Below are positions 50,577 through 60,269 of a stretch of 64,000 bases of DNA, piece by piece. The stretch covers positions 4,800,001-4,864,000 of the forward strand of contig OZ244042.1 of the NCBI GenBank assembly GCA_965215015.1. Reading direction: 5' to 3'. The stretch comes from Candidatus Poribacteria bacterium (GTDB taxonomy: Bacteria; Poribacteria; WGA-4E; PCPOR2b). The position numbers and the translations under genes were made by a program. The notes below the pieces were generated by a model. That model saw only the letters and a list, made by a program, of their open reading frames with translations. It was not told where the DNA came from and searched no databases. Position 1 is the stretch's first letter. Every line of letters starts with the position of its first letter.

Positions 50577-50771
50577 CTATGCAAGTGTCCTCCGTTGCGT
50601 CTTTTTCTTTTCTCGTTCGATTAACCGGGGCAAATCTCTTTCAACGCATTCGTTGATGACTTCGGCGATACTCCAATCGAGTTTCTCGGCAGTGACGTAA
50701 ATTTGCGCTGCAAGATTGGGGTGAAACCGTCCCGTCATCTGAATCTTTTTCCGTCGTCGTGTGCGTGGCAC
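50577..50771 (-). CDS. small ribbon-helix-helix-like DNA-binding protein
   Basis: Basic N-terminus, strand QMTGRF, helix-turn-SIAEVINECVE; AGGAGG RBS before GTG. Confidence 0.55.
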   Translation of the reverse strand: MPRTRRRKKIQMTGRFHPNLAAQIYVTAEKLDWSIAEVINECVERDLPRLIEREKKKTQRRTLA

Positions 50772-50857
50772 GGTGCTTGGCCTCCTTTCGTTTTTTGGGA
50801 GGATCTATAACCTTCAGGTTAAAGATTTTTGGTGGTATTATACATCAAAGCTAAGGT

Positions 50858-52192
50858 CTCACTTACCCCCATTTTTTTTGCTGTGTAATGGTGGTTGTTT
50901 TAGCGCGGTCTAGATGTGAGCAAGGGTTGTCATATATGGTAAAATACCTCCCTGTATAAATTATCAATTGTCTTAAACAAGGAGGTATTATGAAAGGCAC
51001 CCACCGCCATAAGCCGGTGAATCCCACCGCTATGATAACCACTCTGACCGAGATTTTCAACCCCGTATTGAAAAGACCGGCGTTAAAGAACCTGATACTC
51101 ACGACCTTAGCCATTGTGTTGGCCAAGACGTTTCGGATAAACGAAATCGCCTCACGCTTGCCAGTAGCAGTCAAACATCAAAAGACGAAACAGAAACGCC
51201 TGCTGCGATTCTTAGCTCGTCGCTTTCCTATTGACGCGGTGATGGGGTGCTGGCTGGCCTTTGTGCTCAGCCAGGTCTGTGAACCTCACGCAACCCGCCG
51301 GTTGATTTTAGTGGATGAAACCCAGGTGTTTGGCGATTTCAAAGCGATTGTTGCCGCGGTGCCGTTCCGGCGCCGGGCGGTTCCTATCTACTGGCACCTC
51401 TACACCGATACTGAGATTCAACAGTTGACCTATACCAGCCATAATGAGATTATCCAACGCTTTTGTCTCACACCGTATCAAAAGACGCAAGCGATTTTAC
51501 CGGACCGGTGTGAACCCACGTTGATATTCGATAGAGGCTTTGCGCGTGCTAAATATGTGATAAAGTTTCTCAAGGCACAACAGATTCCATTTATCCTCCG
51601 CGTGCGTGGTAATGTTTGCATGACCGTCTGGGGAACTGTTAAAAAGGCACAACAGTTGGCAACGGGGTGCTATCCACAGATTCTCTATCACTTAACCGAG
51701 CGGATTCGACTCAACCTGTATGTCGTCAGAGAGGCGCGGTTTGCTGAACCGATGTATCTGATTTCCAGTCATCTGACGGGACGCCAAATATATCACTATT
51801 ATAAGCGAAGAATGCAGATTGAACACGGATTTCGGGACATCAAGACCGGTTTTGGCTTTGGCAGTTTGAGACTCAAAAAACCGTCAAAATCCCGCATCAA
51901 CCTGTTATGGCTCTTAGCTTGTGTCAGTTATGGCTTGCTGTTTATCACCTATCAAAAGTCAGGAGACCGATGGGCAAAAGCATTCAACACACGGACTAAA
52001 ATCTACTCACTCATTACCGTGATAAAGCGGGTGGTAGCGGAGGCATGGAGCAGGTGGTGTCTCAATCCCTACTTCACACTGCCACGGTGCCGGGGAGATA
52101 CCCGCAAACACCCTTAATCACAATTATTCTCACTATCTTAACTCAGAAAAATAACGCAAATCTATACTAGAAAAAAAGTGGGGGTAAGTGAG
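50858..52192 (+). mobile_element. IS4-family insertion sequence
   Basis: Terminal inverted repeats CTCACTTACCCCCA(T/C)TTTTTTT at 50858 and ending at 52192 enclose one transposase ORF. Confidence 0.88.
50990..52117 (+). CDS. IS4-family DDE transposase
   Basis: ILVDET, IFDRGF and the YREK signature YKRRMQIEHGFRDIK. Confidence 0.92.
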   Translation: MKGTHRHKPVNPTAMITTLTEIFNPVLKRPALKNLILTTLAIVLAKTFRINEIASRLPVAVKHQKTKQKRLLRFLARRFPIDAVMGCWLAFVLSQVCEPHATRRLILVDETQVFGDFKAIVAAVPFRRRAVPIYWHLYTDTEIQQLTYTSHNEIIQRFCLTPYQKTQAILPDRCEPTLIFDRGFARAKYVIKFLKAQQIPFILRVRGNVCMTVWGTVKKAQQLATGCYPQILYHLTERIRLNLYVVREARFAEPMYLISSHLTGRQIYHYYKRRMQIEHGFRDIKTGFGFGSLRLKKPSKSRINLLWLLACVSYGLLFITYQKSGDRWAKAFNTRTKIYSLITVIKRVVAEAWSRWCLNPYFTLPRCRGDTRKHP

Positions 52193-52344
52193 ATAAAAAA
52201 AAGTGTTGACAGTTTTTTGCAGATGTGGCAATAATAGATAATTGCGGGAGCCCCAAGTGCTCATCTTCGTGATTGCTATCCCGATAGGTCGGAATAACAA
52301 TCCTACATAGTATAACCCTCTTAGCCATCAGAAGGGACGGTATT

Positions 52345-53355
52345 TTGATGCGAAAGCTTATTCTACTAATCTCAGTGATAGTCGTCCTAACAGCAGGCTG
52401 GATTTTCTACCTAAACCAGGAAAAAAAGAACTTTATAGAAAATCTACCTCAATCACCTGCGACTGTTAACCAACCGATTAACAATTCCTCCTACTTTGTT
52501 GAAGAGGATGGGGAGAAACAAGACATTCCTGATGCCCGCGTGCATGAGACACTTCCACAGGAACAGATCGGCCCCGCAGAAAAAACGTCTTCAGAACCGT
52601 CCACTCCAGACGAGAAAGCAGATTTTGTGAAGAGCCAATGGATTCAAATGTTTGGAGACGTTCCACAGGTTCATGGTGCCTCCGAATACATGCGAAAAAT
52701 ATACAAACAGGAACGTATGACAATTGATGAACAGATTGCTGGCTTAGAAGCGTTACATTACCTTTACCCAAACGGTGGACATGGAATACTCTTGGCAATG
52801 CGAAAGGCTCAGAAAGCACGGGGGATTGACGAGGGAGATTTTGAGATCATGTATGAGAAGGATTTTGAGAATGTAAGGTATGCGCCGGATCATAAGGTGA
52901 TTCATCTTGGGAATGTACCTGAGCATCTCCGGTCCGATGCCTCTGCGCCCGATAGCATTTCTTCAGGAAGTATTGATGAAGATATTGAAGATATAGATTT
53001 TCTGCCGGCTCGTTCTGAGAGGGCTCCTGTAATGCCGGAAGCTAAGCCCTCAGTCCCGTCTGACCATGTTCACCCCGAAGATGGGCATGGACATGAGGGC
53101 ATCACAGTCAAACCGCCTGCGCCGACAGCTGCAAAGGACGTTGAAGCGGCTGGTTGGGAGGGGTTATCGTCTGAACAACGTGCACAAGCAAAACAGTTAT
53201 TTGACGAATACGGTGCGGAGGAGGGGCTTCGTCGGTTGAGGGAGTTTGACCCTGAAGCGGCTCGACGCTTTGAGCGGCACCCCCCTCAATCCCCCCGCAA
53301 GCAGGGGGAGAATAGGGGACGTGATGTGCCTGAAGGCTCAGCCCCCTCTGATTAG
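52345..53355 (+). CDS. hypothetical exported/membrane-anchored acidic protein
   Basis: N-terminal TM helix, low-complexity P/E/D linkers, C-terminal YGAEEGLRRLREFDPEAARRFE helix. Confidence 0.7.
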   Translation: MMRKLILLISVIVVLTAGWIFYLNQEKKNFIENLPQSPATVNQPINNSSYFVEEDGEKQDIPDARVHETLPQEQIGPAEKTSSEPSTPDEKADFVKSQWIQMFGDVPQVHGASEYMRKIYKQERMTIDEQIAGLEALHYLYPNGGHGILLAMRKAQKARGIDEGDFEIMYEKDFENVRYAPDHKVIHLGNVPEHLRSDASAPDSISSGSIDEDIEDIDFLPARSERAPVMPEAKPSVPSDHVHPEDGHGHEGITVKPPAPTAAKDVEAAGWEGLSSEQRAQAKQLFDEYGAEEGLRRLREFDPEAARRFERHPPQSPRKQGENRGRDVPEGSAPSD

Positions 53356-53373
53356 AGGGGGGTACGTATGATT

Positions 53374-53417
53374 AAAAAAAGGGGAGGCGGCGTTATCGTG
53401 CTGTCTCCCCTTTTTTT
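53374..53417. terminator. bidirectional rho-independent terminator
   Basis: A7-GGGGAGGCGGC...GCTGTCTCCCC-T7 between convergent genes. Confidence 0.8.
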
Positions 53418-53493
53418 GCACGACGGGGTGCCCTTGCCTTGGCCCGCCCTATAATTTCCGATAGGCTGTCTTTTTTACCGTTTCGCTAAATCC

Positions 53494-53814
53494 CTATTCC
53501 GATTTGAACATGCCAAATGCGAACGCCTCCGGCAATGTATCAAAAATGATGTTACCCGAATCATCTGTTGCGAGGTAGTTTCCCATATACTCTGACCACC
53601 GCTCCAGCGCAGGATCTTCGCGGCTCTTAAGCCAATCCGCCTCAGATGGCGCAACCGCGTGCAAGAATAGACGGTCCCCTAGGCGATAGATTGACATACT
53701 CACATTGTTGTCTTCCATACTTTTTGCAATATCGGGCCAAAGGTTATCGTGGGCGTCTTTGTATCCCTCGTAACTTCCGGGTTTTAGCTGCATAGATAAA
53801 CCGATTGAGTACAT
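53494..53814 (-). CDS. L-rhamnose mutarotase family protein
   Basis: M.LKPG..E.YK..H..LWP, SIY, W..YM pattern; 106 aa. Confidence 0.8.
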   Translation of the reverse strand: MYSIGLSMQLKPGSYEGYKDAHDNLWPDIAKSMEDNNVSMSIYRLGDRLFLHAVAPSEADWLKSREDPALERWSEYMGNYLATDDSGNIIFDTLPEAFAFGMFKSE

Positions 53815-53847
53815 TTTGGTTCTCCTTTTTGTAAATTAAAGTGACTG

Positions 53848-54687
53848 TCAGTTAGCCAGCGACCGGACAAAGTCTCGAAACAGAATCGTCTCTGACAGAT
53901 TGTCACACGCGTTGCAGTTCTCCCATTCCGTCCAGACATACTCAATTCCGAACCAGCCGCCATATCCATTTGCCTGTGCGACTTCCAAAATCCGTTTGAA
54001 ATTGATTGTATTATTGGCAAAGGTCTCTTGAAGTCGCTCATTGCGAGCACCTCTGACGTGGAAGTGGCTTGCGTATTTGACCAATGGCTCCACAACCCAG
54101 TCCGGCAAGCCGATCCTTGTGAAGTGGGCGTAGTCTAAGGTCAGTGTCAAGTCGGGGACATACTGCACCAGCTTAGCCGCCGGTTCCGGTTGCGGGACAA
54201 TGGAACCGATGTGAGCTTCAACACCGTAGACGATGCCGTACGTCTTGGCTTGATCGACGCGCCAGCTCAGTTCGTCAACCGCACGGGCGAAGGAGTCATC
54301 GTATGACTCTACCTCGAAGTGGGCGCCCGGTAATCCAGTCACATGCTTACACTCACATTCAGCGGCGTAGTCAAGGGTTTTGATGAACCAGTCGCGAGCT
54401 TTCTCCCGATGCGATGTTTCAGGATGATTAACCGCGTAGGGCTTGAAATCTAGCCCGACTTGAAGAAATATATCGGCAGCCTCAAGCCCCCAAGCGTCCA
54501 ATTTCTGTTTTAATCGTCGCGCAGATTGGGGGACGTTCTCGAACTCGCGGGAGGGCCAAAGATGGGAACGATCCTCAAAGAGACCGATATCCACACCTTT
54601 GAAATCCAGCATGGCGATAAGTTGAAGTACATTCTCATGAGGTAACAGCGGAAAAGTAAAGTCGGCACAAGCAAGTTTAGGTGTCAT
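53848..54687 (-). CDS. sugar phosphate isomerase/epimerase family protein
   Basis: VEAHIGS, LDYAHF, HFHVRG, GWFGIEY; ATGA overlap with the upstream SDR. Confidence 0.85.
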   Translation of the reverse strand: MTPKLACADFTFPLLPHENVLQLIAMLDFKGVDIGLFEDRSHLWPSREFENVPQSARRLKQKLDAWGLEAADIFLQVGLDFKPYAVNHPETSHREKARDWFIKTLDYAAECECKHVTGLPGAHFEVESYDDSFARAVDELSWRVDQAKTYGIVYGVEAHIGSIVPQPEPAAKLVQYVPDLTLTLDYAHFTRIGLPDWVVEPLVKYASHFHVRGARNERLQETFANNTINFKRILEVAQANGYGGWFGIEYVWTEWENCNACDNLSETILFRDFVRSLAN

Positions 54688-55499
54688 GACGGCTCCATAA
54701 ATTTCGTTTGTCCTGTGGTTTCCCACTCAGCGGGCGTGATATATGCTCCATCTACCACCAACGATGTGCCGGTGACACCGGCGGAGTCCTCGCAGGAGAG
54801 GTAGCGTACCGCCCTGGCGATGTCCATCGGTGTGATGGCGACACCTGTGGGTACACGGCTGAGGCGATTCGCAAGCGTGGCTTCTGGATCGGGTGTAGTG
54901 CTGAGGTGGTAACGCAACATCGGGGTATCCGTAATTCCGGGGCAGATGCAGTTGCAACGCAGCCCATCGGCGGCATAGTCAACGGCAATCGATCGGCTCA
55001 ACCCGAGCACCGCGTGCTTAGAAGTGATGTAAGCCGGCGTTTGGGCTTGTCCGATGAAGCTGCCCACCGAACCGATGTTCACCATGTAGCTGCGTTGATT
55101 CTGAGTCAGGTGGGGATAGCCATGTTTGATGGAGAAGAAGATTGATTTGACATTAACACCCATCAGTTGGTCCCACGCTTGCTCCGAATATTCATGCAGT
55201 GAGACAACGTGGACAACCCCGGCGCAATTCACGATAATCTGCAAGCCACCGAAGTGTGCAACTGTTTTCTCGATCGATTGACGCACCTCATCCTCTCGGG
55301 CAACGTCGCATTCGTGGAAGATGGCTTCACCACCGTTAGCGGTGATACCTTCGACAACTTTCTGACCGCGCTCCGCTTGTATGTCCACGACAGCAATCTT
55401 CGCTCCCTCCGCTGCGAAGAGTTGGGCGGTGGCTTCACCCATGCCCGAAGCACCACCGCTGATCCAAGCAATTTGTCCTTCCAATCGTTTCGGGTTCAT
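54684..55499 (-). CDS. SDR family oxidoreductase
   Basis: SGGASGMG, NCAG, YITSK, ICPGITDTPM. Confidence 0.92.
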   Translation of the reverse strand: MNPKRLEGQIAWISGGASGMGEATAQLFAAEGAKIAVVDIQAERGQKVVEGITANGGEAIFHECDVAREDEVRQSIEKTVAHFGGLQIIVNCAGVVHVVSLHEYSEQAWDQLMGVNVKSIFFSIKHGYPHLTQNQRSYMVNIGSVGSFIGQAQTPAYITSKHAVLGLSRSIAVDYAADGLRCNCICPGITDTPMLRYHLSTTPDPEATLANRLSRVPTGVAITPMDIARAVRYLSCEDSAGVTGTSLVVDGAYITPAEWETTGQTKFMEPS

Positions 55500-55552
55500 A
55501 AGGTCTCCCCTGTTTGTGAATCTTCTACCGTTTTGAGGCGGTTCGCTTCAGA

Positions 55553-56311
55553 TTATCCGCGTCCAACGTAGGGCATCTTCGTCGCCATGATGGTCATGAA
55601 CAGCACATTTGCGTCCAACGGGAGGCTCGCCATCTGCACCACAGCATGTGCCACATCATCCACAGCCATTCTTGGTTCAACCGCGACGGCTCCATTTGGT
55701 TGTGGAACACCCACTTCCATTCTGTCCGTTCTCTCGGTTGCTGCATTACCGATGTCGATTTGGCCACACGCGATATCGTACTTACGTCCATCAAGCGATG
55801 TTGCCTTGGTGAGTCCCGTCAACCCATGCTTGGTGGCGGTATAGGGGGCGGAGTTGACGCGCGGCGCGTACGCTGATATAGAACCGTTATTGATGATACG
55901 TCCCCCTCTGGGTTCTTGGTCTTTCATAATCTTGAACGCTTCCTGTGTACAGAGGAATGCGCCTGTCAGGTTGGTATCTGCAACCATCGTCCACTGCTCG
56001 TAGGTCAAGTCCTCCAGCAGCACAGGCGGTGCGCCCGTACCCGCATTATTAAACAGTAGGTCAAGTCTGCCAAAGGTCCCCTTCGTTCGGGCAAACAGGT
56101 TTTGGATCGAGGCGTGATTTGTCACATCTGTCGGTACAACGAGCACTCGTGAACTATCTGTTCCCGTCTCCTTGGCAGTTGTCTCTAACGCCTCTACACG
56201 ACGCCCAGCCAAGACAACGGAATAGCCCTCCTGCGACAGAGCGATCGACGTTTGCCTACCAATGCCAGAACCTGCTCCTGTTACGATAGCAACCTTTGTA
56301 ATTGCACTCAT
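55553..56311 (-). CDS. SDR family oxidoreductase
   Basis: [30 protein letters not shown]. Confidence 0.93.
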   Translation of the reverse strand: MSAITKVAIVTGAGSGIGRQTSIALSQEGYSVVLAGRRVEALETTAKETGTDSSRVLVVPTDVTNHASIQNLFARTKGTFGRLDLLFNNAGTGAPPVLLEDLTYEQWTMVADTNLTGAFLCTQEAFKIMKDQEPRGGRIINNGSISAYAPRVNSAPYTATKHGLTGLTKATSLDGRKYDIACGQIDIGNAATERTDRMEVGVPQPNGAVAVEPRMAVDDVAHAVVQMASLPLDANVLFMTIMATKMPYVGRG

Positions 56312-56700
56312 CTATAATATCTCCTCACGATACATCTATAATAAAGGCTCATGTCAAAAGAAAGTGCAAAGCATGAAGTCAGGGGCCCCTTTCATCCCCC
56401 GCAAGCAGGGGAGGATTTACCCCCTGATAAATTGGGAGGCGCGCCCCTGCGGCTGCTGTTGCACTAATTCCTTACATGCCCGATAATAAAAAGAACGAAG
56501 CGGAGAATTTACCCCACCATTTTTTCACCTATAACGCTGTTGAATAGATCCCCAAAACCTGATACAATAAACACACTTTACCGAATCAGCCTTTATGTAT
56601 TAACGCTTTAGCTTTGGGAATATGTCAATATACCATTGCCAATGAAAAAACGTCAAGTGCAAAAATGGTAGATAAACTCGCACTATAGGAGCACTGTGCT

Positions 56701-57651
56701 ATGAAGTATTTTTCGGTGGAAAGTTCAGACATATCCCTTCCGAACGACTGGATGGATGATCCTGTTCGGCTTTTGAAGGTTAATTGGAAGGGCAAGCCTG
56801 TCACCGGCTTCAACCAATCTTCTCGCCGTTGTTACGTCTATCCAGTGATAACGCCATCGGGGGTTACTGTTACCAACGAAAGACCCACCAGCGACCACGC
56901 GTTTCACCAGTCGGTCACCGTCGGGAACGACTACTTCTTTACCTACCAAACATCCGCCTCCGGACGTTTTGAAGATTCCGGTATGTGCTTCTACACCAAC
57001 TCGCCCGATATGCGCGGGAGAGGAGAAGGGCGTATCGTGACGATGACGCACAACGAATGCACCGAGTTGAACGAGGAGCATCTGGAGTTCATCGTGAGGA
57101 TGCAATGGCAGGGCCCTGAACAGGGGTACGCGCCGAAGTATCGCCGCGTTGTTGCCGAGGAGATGCGTACCGTCAGCGTCTTTCCGGGCGAGATTGCCAA
57201 TGTCCTCGACGTGCGGTCACAGCTCCGGCCGACGGAGTGGGATATCCGTTTGGGACCGTCACGACACGGATATTTCACAATCCGGCTGGCTGATCACCTA
57301 AGAGTTGTAGACCCCAATGGGGTGAAACAGGGGGGCAGCATTGTAGATTCCGAAGGCAGACGGGACGACGAGGTCGGTTGGCAGTACGCGGATTGGATTG
57401 ACTACTACGGAACGGACGCCCAAGGGCGTACCGCTGGGGTTGCGGTTTTCCAGTTTCCCTCAATGGGGAACGTAGCATGGTATGCGGGGAGCTATGGAAC
57501 CATTCGGGTCAACCCGTTTCGCAAGGGAGCCACTTATGTGTCGCGCGGAGAAGAGATAGATTTAGCCATTCGGGTGGTCGCCCACGATGGGGCCCCCTAC
57601 GACGCGGGCGTTCCAGATCTGTACGAATCCTTCAAACAGGAAACCGGATAA
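56701..57651 (+). CDS. DUF6807/PF14100-like hypothetical protein
   Basis: YVYPVITPSG, DHAFH, ADWIDYYG, NPF pattern. Not a methane monooxygenase subunit despite the Pfam nickname PmoA. Confidence 0.65.
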   Translation: MKYFSVESSDISLPNDWMDDPVRLLKVNWKGKPVTGFNQSSRRCYVYPVITPSGVTVTNERPTSDHAFHQSVTVGNDYFFTYQTSASGRFEDSGMCFYTNSPDMRGRGEGRIVTMTHNECTELNEEHLEFIVRMQWQGPEQGYAPKYRRVVAEEMRTVSVFPGEIANVLDVRSQLRPTEWDIRLGPSRHGYFTIRLADHLRVVDPNGVKQGGSIVDSEGRRDDEVGWQYADWIDYYGTDAQGRTAGVAVFQFPSMGNVAWYAGSYGTIRVNPFRKGATYVSRGEEIDLAIRVVAHDGAPYDAGVPDLYESFKQETG

Positions 57652-57673
57652 TTTCAGAAAAGGAGATTGAGCC

Positions 57674-58534
57674 ATGTCGGATGTATCTGTTTCAGTCGGG
57701 GCCCCGCGTATAGACGACCGCGATTGGAGCCAACTCACGCTCGGCCAACGCATTCAGCAGCTTGAGGTCGAAGGCTACGTAGTTATCCCAGATTTACTTG
57801 ATGCTGACCATATTGCGCGTCTTAAAAAACAGACATCACAGTTTGAAACAACCCACGTAGACTACAGTGTCCATCAACGCGGACGGTCAAGTATCCAGTT
57901 CTCCGGTGGTACAATCTCCGAACTAATCGCGTATCCACCGATGATCGAATTTCTCAAGGAGTTGTGCGGTGACCACATTGTTTTGATGTCCTACGACTAC
58001 TCTCGATCTGAACCGGGACACCCCGGCATCAGTCTGCACTGTGACGGTCAACCGTGGGGGTCACGAATTTTCAGCGCGGAATATACCTGTCCGAAAATCA
58101 TCCGCGTCCTCTACTACCTAGACGCCCTGATCCCCGAAGTTTCGCCTTTCCGCGTGGTGCCGCGATCTCATCTAAGTTTCCACAACGAGGCAAACCCGTA
58201 CCTGCGCTATGCGGAACACCCCGAAGAGATGATGGTGACATGCAAGGCTGGTGCTGCAGTACTGTTCAACAACTATGTCTTTCACGGCAACTATCCAAAC
58301 ATCGGAACGTATTCAAGAGAGGCACTGCAGCTCTCGTACCGACCTACTTGGGCAGGACCCGCCGGAGAGGTGGAGCCTTGGGACCGGGGCGAAGTTGCCA
58401 AACTCCCCCCAACCGTGCGTGAGTTGATGGGCGATCGCAACGCTCGCATTTGGGTATACGAGGGCGGCAACAAACCGCCCAATATGCCCCACCAAGCCCC
58501 CGGCATGAACCCAAGTCGGTGGGAACGCGAGTAG
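57674..58534 (+). CDS. phytanoyl-CoA dioxygenase (PhyH) family Fe(II)/2OG enzyme
   Basis: EGYVVIPDLL, HCD, VVPRSH, FHG...R triad. Confidence 0.88.
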   Translation: MSDVSVSVGAPRIDDRDWSQLTLGQRIQQLEVEGYVVIPDLLDADHIARLKKQTSQFETTHVDYSVHQRGRSSIQFSGGTISELIAYPPMIEFLKELCGDHIVLMSYDYSRSEPGHPGISLHCDGQPWGSRIFSAEYTCPKIIRVLYYLDALIPEVSPFRVVPRSHLSFHNEANPYLRYAEHPEEMMVTCKAGAAVLFNNYVFHGNYPNIGTYSREALQLSYRPTWAGPAGEVEPWDRGEVAKLPPTVRELMGDRNARIWVYEGGNKPPNMPHQAPGMNPSRWERE

Positions 58535-58550
58535 TACAGTGCACAGGCAC

Positions 58551-59270
58551 TCAACCTGCCATAATCAGGGAGCTGACCCACTCCTGATGCGGATTCAAAA
58601 TTTTGTAAGGTGTGCCGGCAGGAATGTGAATCATATCGCCTTCGGTTATTTCCTGCTCTTCGCCATCGGTCTGAAGCACACCCCGATTCTCTAGCACATA
58701 GTAGACCTGCTCGATATCCGTGCGACACCGTTCAATTGATTCATTACCGGGTTGCACTGACTCGCGGGCGATGAACTGCATCCCTCTCAGACAACTACTC
58801 TCACTGCTGCCTTCGGGTTCCAGTTGATACCATCGTACCGCACCGGCACCGTCGCCCTGTGGTGCTACCTGGGTCCAATTGCGGACGATAAATTTACCGC
58901 CGTTGTCCGCCACAGCCATACTGATAACATGATGCTCCAGCCAATCCTCGTTCATGGTATTGAACATCTGATGATGGATGCCGGAGGGCAAGTAAATCGC
59001 ATCACCATCCTCTACAGGATAACGCTCATCCTCAAACAGCACTTCTCCCTTTCCACTGAGAATATAGTAAACCTGCTCCAAACTCTCATGTTTGTGATAA
59101 TCGGAGGTCTTACGTCCTTGGAGCGCGTGTCGTGCAAAGCCCCCCAACCGATTCAGACGATTGCGGTCATCGCCACTGCCCTCGTCTAGGGAGCGTAGAC
59201 CTCCCCAGTGGACCGCACTTAAATGGGCGATGTTAGGCTGGACATCGCGCCAGTTTTTTATGTAAGCCAT
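58551..59270 (-). CDS. bicupin domain protein
   Basis: H.H...EQVYYILSG.G...GDAIYLP.GIHH and a second EQVYYVL...GDMIHIP repeat. Confidence 0.85.
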   Translation of the reverse strand: MAYIKNWRDVQPNIAHLSAVHWGGLRSLDEGSGDDRNRLNRLGGFARHALQGRKTSDYHKHESLEQVYYILSGKGEVLFEDERYPVEDGDAIYLPSGIHHQMFNTMNEDWLEHHVISMAVADNGGKFIVRNWTQVAPQGDGAGAVRWYQLEPEGSSESSCLRGMQFIARESVQPGNESIERCRTDIEQVYYVLENRGVLQTDGEEQEITEGDMIHIPAGTPYKILNPHQEWVSSLIMAG

Positions 59271-59414
59271 TTTTCCTCCTAGTGAGTCATTCACAGCTTG
59301 TAGTAGGGCAGTTCGTTACCCACTTTTTACCGAAATGGAAAACTATACAACTTGGCGTGCTTAGGGAAAATCCTTAATTTCACAGCTTTCCTTTGCAGAT
59401 GGTTGAGACCGGTA

Positions 59415-60185
59415 TTATTCCTCCACAAACGCTTTAAATAGCCCTACATACAACGCAAGCACCTTTTCCGGATCTGGACCCCGATACGCACATTCGTTGG
59501 AAATATAACCATCAAATCCGATGCGTTGAAGCCACTGAAACATCTGACGATAGAGTTCAAAGGTCTCCGAATCTTCGGCAGAGTGGGTATGCACAGCCGT
59601 GATGTGCGGCGCAACCCGTGAAAAGAGTGGCTCGATACTTCCCGCTTCACATCCAACGAACTGTGAGTTGAATACGAAGCCGACGTTAGGCAAATTGACG
59701 CCTTCAATGACCGCCATCGCAGGAACAGGATCTATGAAAGATCCGTGCATCTCGATGGATACGGTAATCCCCTTCGGATGAGCATATTCCCCAAGTTCCT
59801 TCAGTGCATCGGTGACATACCCGATAACGGCATCGCGGGTATTGTCGTTGAATCGGTCGCCGAGGACACGGACGTGATCGCAACCCATGAAGTCCGTCAT
59901 CTCAATGACCCGCTTGACACGGCGCACACTTTCAGCGCGATCTTCGGCGTCCGGTGAATGGAAATTTTGGCAACTTGTCAACGATGAAATCACCACACCA
60001 CTGGCATCAACCCGATCTTTGAGTTGATCCCACTGTACTTCAGGTGTGTCCCACTCGAAGCCATGCTCCTGCTTATAATCCATCAATAACTCGACACCAT
60101 GATACCCTGTGTCTTCAGCGATCTGGAGAATTTTGCTCAGTTCCCAATCTTGACAGGTTTGATATGTGTTCAGCGACCATTTCAT
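59415..60185 (-). CDS. sugar phosphate isomerase/epimerase family protein
   Basis: GYHGVEL, IEMHG, AVHTH, FDGYISNE. Confidence 0.85.
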   Translation of the reverse strand: MKWSLNTYQTCQDWELSKILQIAEDTGYHGVELLMDYKQEHGFEWDTPEVQWDQLKDRVDASGVVISSLTSCQNFHSPDAEDRAESVRRVKRVIEMTDFMGCDHVRVLGDRFNDNTRDAVIGYVTDALKELGEYAHPKGITVSIEMHGSFIDPVPAMAVIEGVNLPNVGFVFNSQFVGCEAGSIEPLFSRVAPHITAVHTHSAEDSETFELYRQMFQWLQRIGFDGYISNECAYRGPDPEKVLALYVGLFKAFVEE

Positions 60186-60216
60186 AATAATTCCTCCGAA
60201 TTTGAATTTGCAGCAG

Positions 60217-60245
60217 AGTGTAACATATGCACCGCATCAGGTCAA
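60217..60245 (-). promoter_or_regulatory. putative sigma70 promoter
   Basis: Minus strand TTGACC-17 nt-TACACT with extended -10 TG. Confidence 0.6.
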
Positions 60246-60269
60246 CTCTAGAACGTGAAACTAAAGCCG

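Noticed and set aside
56508-56527. TTACCCCACCATTTTTT resembling the IS4 end
   Set aside because: Short, low-complexity match with no partner end.
56701-57651. Particulate methane monooxygenase subunit
   Set aside because: Soluble protein with no TM helices and no pmoBC; only the Pfam nickname suggests it.
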